64,000 nucleotides of DNA. Origin: Balamuthia mandrillaris (lineage: Eukaryota). Position 1 is the first letter of the stretch. Every line of letters begins with the position of its first letter. The stretch is from assembly GCA_031835245.2 (NCBI GenBank), contig JAVKOQ020000063.1:62001-126000 (forward strand). The letters are read 5' to 3'. Below, piece by piece: positions 58,699 to 64,000 of the stretch. Position numbers and translations under genes: made by a program. Under the pieces are notes generated by a model, which did not search any database, was not told where the DNA came from, and saw nothing but the letters and a program-made list of their open reading frames with translations.

Positions 58699-60653
58699 TC
58701 ATGAGGCAATGTGATACTGGAGGTTGCTGGTCTCTGCTTCCTCAGAGTCGCTCTTGCTGTGACGACGAGAACGGTGCGCGAGCGCCTCTTCATCGGTCTC
58801 AGAGTCTGTCGCACAAAATCTACCTGTTATGTTATTGAAGAAAGAGCGAGAAATAAAAGAACGAAATAGTAGTTTAGCCATAGTAAACTGCTCCTTTTCA
58901 TATCCTCCTCCACTGCTTTTCTTACCTTCTCTCAAAAGCTTTCTCCGACTCTTCCGTCTCCTTCTGCAAAACAGCCGTATGCTCTTACCTTCTTTGGCCT
59001 CATCGTCATCTTCGCATTCGTCATCATCATTGTCCGTTGGCTCTCCTACTGTTTCTTTCTCTTTGCCTTTTCCTTTGCTTCTTCGAAGTCTTCCTATCTC
59101 TTCGAAATTGTTTCCCTCCGAAGAAGTTCGGGTCTTTCTCTTTCGGTGCGAGACGTTTTGTGCATTTTCATCTTCTTGGTTTGTTTCAGGAGACACCATG
59201 TTCATTTTGTCTTCTTCGTCCACTGTTGTTGCAACACCTTCATCGGTACTGCTGGATGATCCAAAAGAAGGAGTATTTGCAGTCGAAGAAGAACAGGAGG
59301 CATCTGAAGAGCAAGCAGAAGTCAAAGACAATGCAGAAAAGCGAGATAGAGCCTCCTCCCCGCCTGCCTTCCTCTTCAACCGAAACCGCTTTCCTGAGGT
59401 GCTTCTGAACTGAGCAGTAGTGCTGTGCTGTTTACTATCGTTTTGATTGGGCGTAATTTCTATCTGATTGCTTGGCTTACCTTCCTCTTCCCCTTCTTCT
59501 GTCTCTTCATCCTCTTCATTATCTTGTCGGCGAGTTACTTGCTGAGGGAACCGACGCGGCAACAGACCGGATCTCACGTTTTCATCGCCTACAAAAATGT
59601 TTTCATCGTCGTCCGCAAAGCCTTCCTCTTCTTCCTCTTTTTCTGTCTCCTCTGTATCTGTATCCTCTCTTCTCTCTTTCTCTGTTTCTGTTTGCACATC
59701 GTCAAATTCTTTCTCTTTGCCTTTGCTTCTGTCTTTTTCCTTCTCTTTCTCTTTCCATTTGTCTTCCTCCTCGCTTTCTCTCTGTTTCTCTCGTTCGTTC
59801 TCTTCTTTAATGGCGCTCAATCTATACCGCAAATAAGCTTCATCGCCTTCGCCATCACTTCCTGCACGAGTCCTCCGTAGTCTCTTCCTGTTCTCTCGCC
59901 ACCGACTCTGGCTTTCAATTGCTGTCGTCACATCACCCTCCTCATAAGGTGTTGTGCTTGCCATTTTTCTTATCCGACTGTGTATATGCGAAGCTTGGCG
60001 GCGTGTCGTTCTGCTGCTTCCGAAGCGAACTGGTCGTGGCCTTTTTATTTGAACAAAGAGAAAGGCCAAGGAGGAAGAAGAGAGAGGGGGAGAGAAAGAG
60101 AAACAACGAAAGAGTAAGGAAAAGAAAGAGAAAGAGAAAGAAACAGGACGAAAGAGAACCAACGAAAGAGAAAGGATGAAAGAGAAAAGCAGATGATAAG
60201 AAAGAAATGGCAAAAAAAGCGGGAGATAATGAAAGAGAAACAGAGCACTACGCAAACGCATAAAACACTTTTTGTTTCCGCATGGAAAAATAGACGAGAA
60301 GAAGCAAACGAGAGAAAGTAACATAATAAAAAGCCGAACCTTGCCCATTCTAGAGTGTTTGGAAGTCGACCCAACCGTTGAAGTCGTTTGCTGTGTGGTG
60401 GTTGTTGAACAGGTTGGTCTTCGAGGTCCAAAGGGTCATACGCAGTGGCCGCGTGAAACCGTTGTTGGAAACGCAGCCGCCTCTTTTCCTCCTTCTTTTT
60501 CACGTTTGCCTCCCAGTGACCCACTTGTTCGATGTAGCTCTCGCTGAACAGCTGCTCTCCTTCATCGGACCATTTCTCGCGCTTTGGTTTGGTGGTCGTT
60601 GCCCTCACTACGTTGTTCGATGGGTGATTTGATTTGCGAACGTCGCCTTCCAT
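58699..60653 (-). CDS. Low-complexity acidic/basic hypothetical protein
   Basis: ORFs starting MEGDVRKS and 58699-60050 joined by a pyrimidine-rich intron about 60043-60339; no recognisable domain. Confidence 0.55.
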
Positions 60654-60828
60654 TAAATTCGAAGAAAAGAGGGAGGAAAAGGCAGAAAGCTTCACACAAA
60701 CAAGCAAGAAAACAAAGAAGGATAGAGGAGGAGAGCGGGAGAAGAAAAGAGTAAGCAAAGGTGTTCTTTTCTTTCTTTTTTTTTTTGTATCCTTTCCAAG
60801 AATTAGAATTTCGTCCTTGTGCAAATAT

Positions 60829-60857
60829 TCAGGACGACATGAAACTACTTGACGTCA
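60829..60857. promoter_or_regulatory. Dyad motif plus adjacent TGACGTCA palindrome in a divergent promoter
   Basis: TCAGGACGACATGA at 60829-60842 and TGACGTCA at 60850-60857. Confidence 0.5.
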
Positions 60858-61111
60858 GCTGCCCTGTCGACGATATCTCTTTACCGATCAGATCTGCTTG
60901 ACTTTCTGCATTCTCTCCACTGAGTTTCGTTCTTTTTTCCTCCGGATATCCCGCCCTCCGATTGGCTGCCATCAACCTGTCACTCCAATAAGACCTCTCC
61001 GCTTTAAAATGGTCTCCTCTTCGCGCTATTCGTTTCACGCTCTTCATCAAGAAGAAACAACGTTCGCAGTGCACAAACACCACAACCACACACAAACACA
61101 ACAAAACAAAA

Positions 61112-61588
61112 ATGTTTCCTGCTGTTCGACGCAACGCCTCCAGGCTGCTCCCCAGAAACAAGGGCCTTCCTCCTCTCTCCTTGTCTCGCTCGCTCTACCA
61201 GGGCCAAAACCCCAACAACAATTCCTCCCCCCCTCAGAACGCCGTCGGCCCAGGCGACTCCTTCGCGGGCTCCGCGCAACGCCCCGGCTCTGGCCCGACC
61301 CCTCAAACCCCCATCGGCGGCTACGCCCCGCAGCCGGGCACTTTTCCTGGCACCTCCCCTCAACAGGGCAACGTCGCGGGGGGAGACACCATGAACCGTG
61401 CCGGCGGGAAAGCCAGCCGCGGGGCCACGGAGGAGGCCACCTCCGCCCAGATGCAGAGACCCTCCTCGGGTCCGAGCACAACCCACAAGCAGGGTGACGC
61501 CAAGAACGTGGACCGCAAGGACCCAGAAGGCCTGCAGGAGGAAATAGTGATGGCCGCCAGAGACGACATCACCCTCCAAGAAATGTAA
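61112..61588 (+). CDS. Small Gly/Pro/Gln-rich protein with mitochondrial presequence-like N-terminus
   Basis: GC-rich ORF after an A/C-rich leader; R/S/L-rich, acid-free first 30 aa. Confidence 0.6.
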   Translation: MFPAVRRNASRLLPRNKGLPPLSLSRSLYQGQNPNNNSSPPQNAVGPGDSFAGSAQRPGSGPTPQTPIGGYAPQPGTFPGTSPQQGNVAGGDTMNRAGGKASRGATEEATSAQMQRPSSGPSTTHKQGDAKNVDRKDPEGLQEEIVMAARDDITLQEM

Positions 61589-61721
61589 AAACAAAAAACA
61601 AACAGCCATCTATTTTCCTATACCTTCTTCTTGTTGCTGATTCGCTGATGTTTATGTACATGTGATTCGTCGACGGCGCTTGGTTGTTTTGCTTCAGGCC
61701 GTTTGGCTCAAACGATACTTT

Positions 61722-63175
61722 TCAACGGAAGGCCGTGAAGAGAACGAGAGCAAGCAACACTACAGATGATATAAAGGAACAAGAAGAGGCTGGTGAGAAA
61801 GAGTAGCTTAAAACGACTTTGTACAAAGCTTTCAATATAAACACTTGACTAACGCGCAATGGTAGGGTTTGACAGTGGTCCTTGTCGACACTAATTTCCC
61901 CCCGCTGAAAGTAGCGGGGAAGCGGAGGACTTTTTTGCTGCCCTTTTTTCCCTCGCCATTTCTTTTCAGTCACTTGTTCATTTTCTCTACCAATGCCCAG
62001 AAAAAGATAGCGTACCTCAAAAGAAGGAGCACGGAGGCATGTGACGTGCTTGGCCGCTGCCCTGGTCCTCAAAGTCTGGTCCATCATCTTCTGCTGGAAC
62101 AGGTCTAAAGCATTCATGGCCGAACCATGTGAGGGAGCGCAGAAAGACATAGCAGTCAAGCGCGGGACAGAAGCGGTACATGAGTCTTCCGCTGATGCCG
62201 CTCTCACACCCATTGCTCATCGTAAACTGATGACAGTACGCTTTTTCTCCTTCCTCTATCTGCCTCTTTGTTGGCAGGGGTTCGGTTGGATCTACTCCTT
62301 CTCCTTCTTCCCCACCAACAGCGCCAGGTTCTTCTTCACCCGAGTCGGTATAGTAGCCGTCATAAGGGCTATAGTAGATGTCGCAAGAGATGAGCTCATC
62401 GTTGAAGAGACCAGAGGAGATGCTGCCGTTGCAGTGGTTGGTGAGGTTTGCAGAGAAGGAGGCCACATCATCGCTGCAGAGGATGGCCCATGAGGACCAT
62501 TCAACAACGGAGGTGTGGGATGAGTCCCAGTAGTGGTCGTGGTCGTAGTCGTAGTCTCCACTGCCTGCCCATGGTGCAATTCTTCTTTCGTTGGAGACAG
62601 TGACGCCTTCTCCTTCGTAACCTTCTGTTTTTTTTTTCGTAGTAACAATAAAGAAAGAATAAGAACTTCTGTTTTTTTTTTTTCGTAGAAGGGGAAAGGC
62701 AACTGAGCGAAACAAGTGGAAGAGGCAAACCTTCAGCAACGCCAGATTCGGAGTAGTAAACGGTGCAGCTGCTTCCAAAGCTCTCTCCCTCTGTAAAGTA
62801 AGCCACGAAGCACTCTGAGCCGTTGCGGTCGACTACGAAGAGAGCAAGCTGACCGCTGAAACCTCCCCTTATAAACCCGTGCTCAGGGGCCACAAATTCC
62901 AAGCACTCCTCGTCCTCGCACTCGATCGCCTCTCCTTCGAGCCCATCCTCTGTGAGGCGGAAGGAGCCGTCGCAAAAGTAGCGAACAGAGAAAACGTCAA
63001 CAAAGTCGGAGAAAGCACAGGCCTCCGAGTCGCCGCCGCTGGATAAAAGGGTGTACTCGTGGACGACGTGGTCCAGTTGAGCGTTGGACAAAGGAGCCAG
63101 GCCCATGCAGAGCACCACCACCACAAAGAACCACATCAACAACAAAGCGGGGGAAGGACGTGGTGTTGTGGCCAT
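61722..63175 (-). CDS. Secreted Cys-containing surface protein, probably GPI-anchored, multi-exon
   Basis: Signal LLLMWFFVVVVLCMG; C-terminal small residues then hydrophobic VVLLALVLFTAFR-stop with no cytoplasmic tail. Confidence 0.6.
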
Positions 63176-63538
63176 TCTTCCTTTCTCTGCTACGTTTTTT
63201 TTTATATTTTTCTTGCCTGAAGCCTCGGATCGTTACGCTTTTTGGCTTTTTTTCCATTGGTCCATCCAGCAGAGATTAACTGCCCAATGAAACGTACATA
63301 ATCTGATATGAGGGTTCTTTGTTTGTCAAGTAATTTCGGCGAAAAAAATCTGATTTCGTGTCGACGTTAAAGGCTCAATGACGTCAGCATGCTCGAAGAA
63401 AATTTCAAACCACCAACCAAAAATCAAAATGAGCTGCACGCCCTTTAACGCGAGAGTTTATTCTTAACGTACAATAGAACGCAAACAATTCACAACACAA
63501 TCTCCTTTTGTCCTCTCTCTTGCGATGAACAACCGAAC

Positions 63539-64000
63539 CTACTCCGCTGTTCCTTTCTCTTGAATGGTGATGGGAAGAACTGCTTTGATGGGTTTGGCTC
63601 CTTTCACCTGAAGATTACATATCAACTCGTGAACGCAGTTGCTTCCGCCCAACGCCAACGAGTCGGGCATTTCGTAGCGTATCTCCCCTTGGAAGGTGGA
63701 CTCTGGTTTCAAAGGAAACGCTCCGTCGGCGTCAAACTCTTGCTCTTTACCGGTCCGCATTTCCACTGACTTGGGTTTTTTCTTTCCGGCTCGGGGGATG
63801 GTTTTCGTGGTTTGAAGAAAGATAGAGAGCGACTTGATAACTTTTGGAGACTGGTTGTTCACTGTTACTGCATATGAGGAAAGGGTTTTTTTTTAAAAAA
63901 AGGACGTAAGTCAACATTTCAAGAACGAAGAAAGAAGAGAAGGACAAGGGTGGTACCGTAGATAGGCAGAGATTGACCGAGTGGCCATTCTTTAGATTCC
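63539..64000 (-). CDS. 3' part of an arrestin C-domain-like protein
   Basis: VNNQSPKVIKSLSIFL and HELICNL...AVLPITI beta-sandwich pattern; intron about 63869-63956; 5' end outside the window. Confidence 0.55.

Overview
Gene-dense, intron-containing eukaryotic DNA. It is most likely an amoebozoan of the Acanthamoeba/Balamuthia type, inferred from the gene repertoire (SCAR, Roco kinase, Gnt1-type GT60, giant-virus-type ankyrin proteins) and short GT-AG introns packed with (CT)n/(TTC)n/(CCT)n microsatellites. About 27 protein-coding genes and one tRNA-Met(CAT) can be supported. Recognisable products include a sulfotransferase, an IRE/Rim15/Greatwall-type AGC kinase, a mitochondrial-carrier-like protein, ORC2, SPRY and TOPORS-like RING proteins, SCAR/WAVE, a CDP-alcohol phosphotransferase-cytidylyltransferase fusion, a PH-EEP protein, a Pol-beta-type nucleotidyltransferase, GFAT, SRP receptor alpha, an alpha/beta hydrolase, two inverted F-box-like/ankyrin paralogs, a DUF2439-G-patch protein, an EEF1AKMT4-like methyltransferase, a GT60 GlcNAc transferase, an LRR-less Roco kinase, ALDH10, a kelch/Cys-rich surface receptor and an arrestin-like fragment. 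The most notable observations are: (1) GFAT carries a 60-aa presequence with an RLx5HL (PTS2) motif ending in Cys directly before catalytic Cys1, suggesting peroxisomal import-coupled activation; (2) a 14-bp dyad motif TCA(G/T)GAC(G/A)ACNYG(A/G) recurs upstream of six genes; (3) a fused two-step Kennedy-pathway enzyme; (4) a Roco protein whose Roc domain may be a pseudo-GTPase. Multi-exon gene spans were read by eye and are approximate; no database searches were run.
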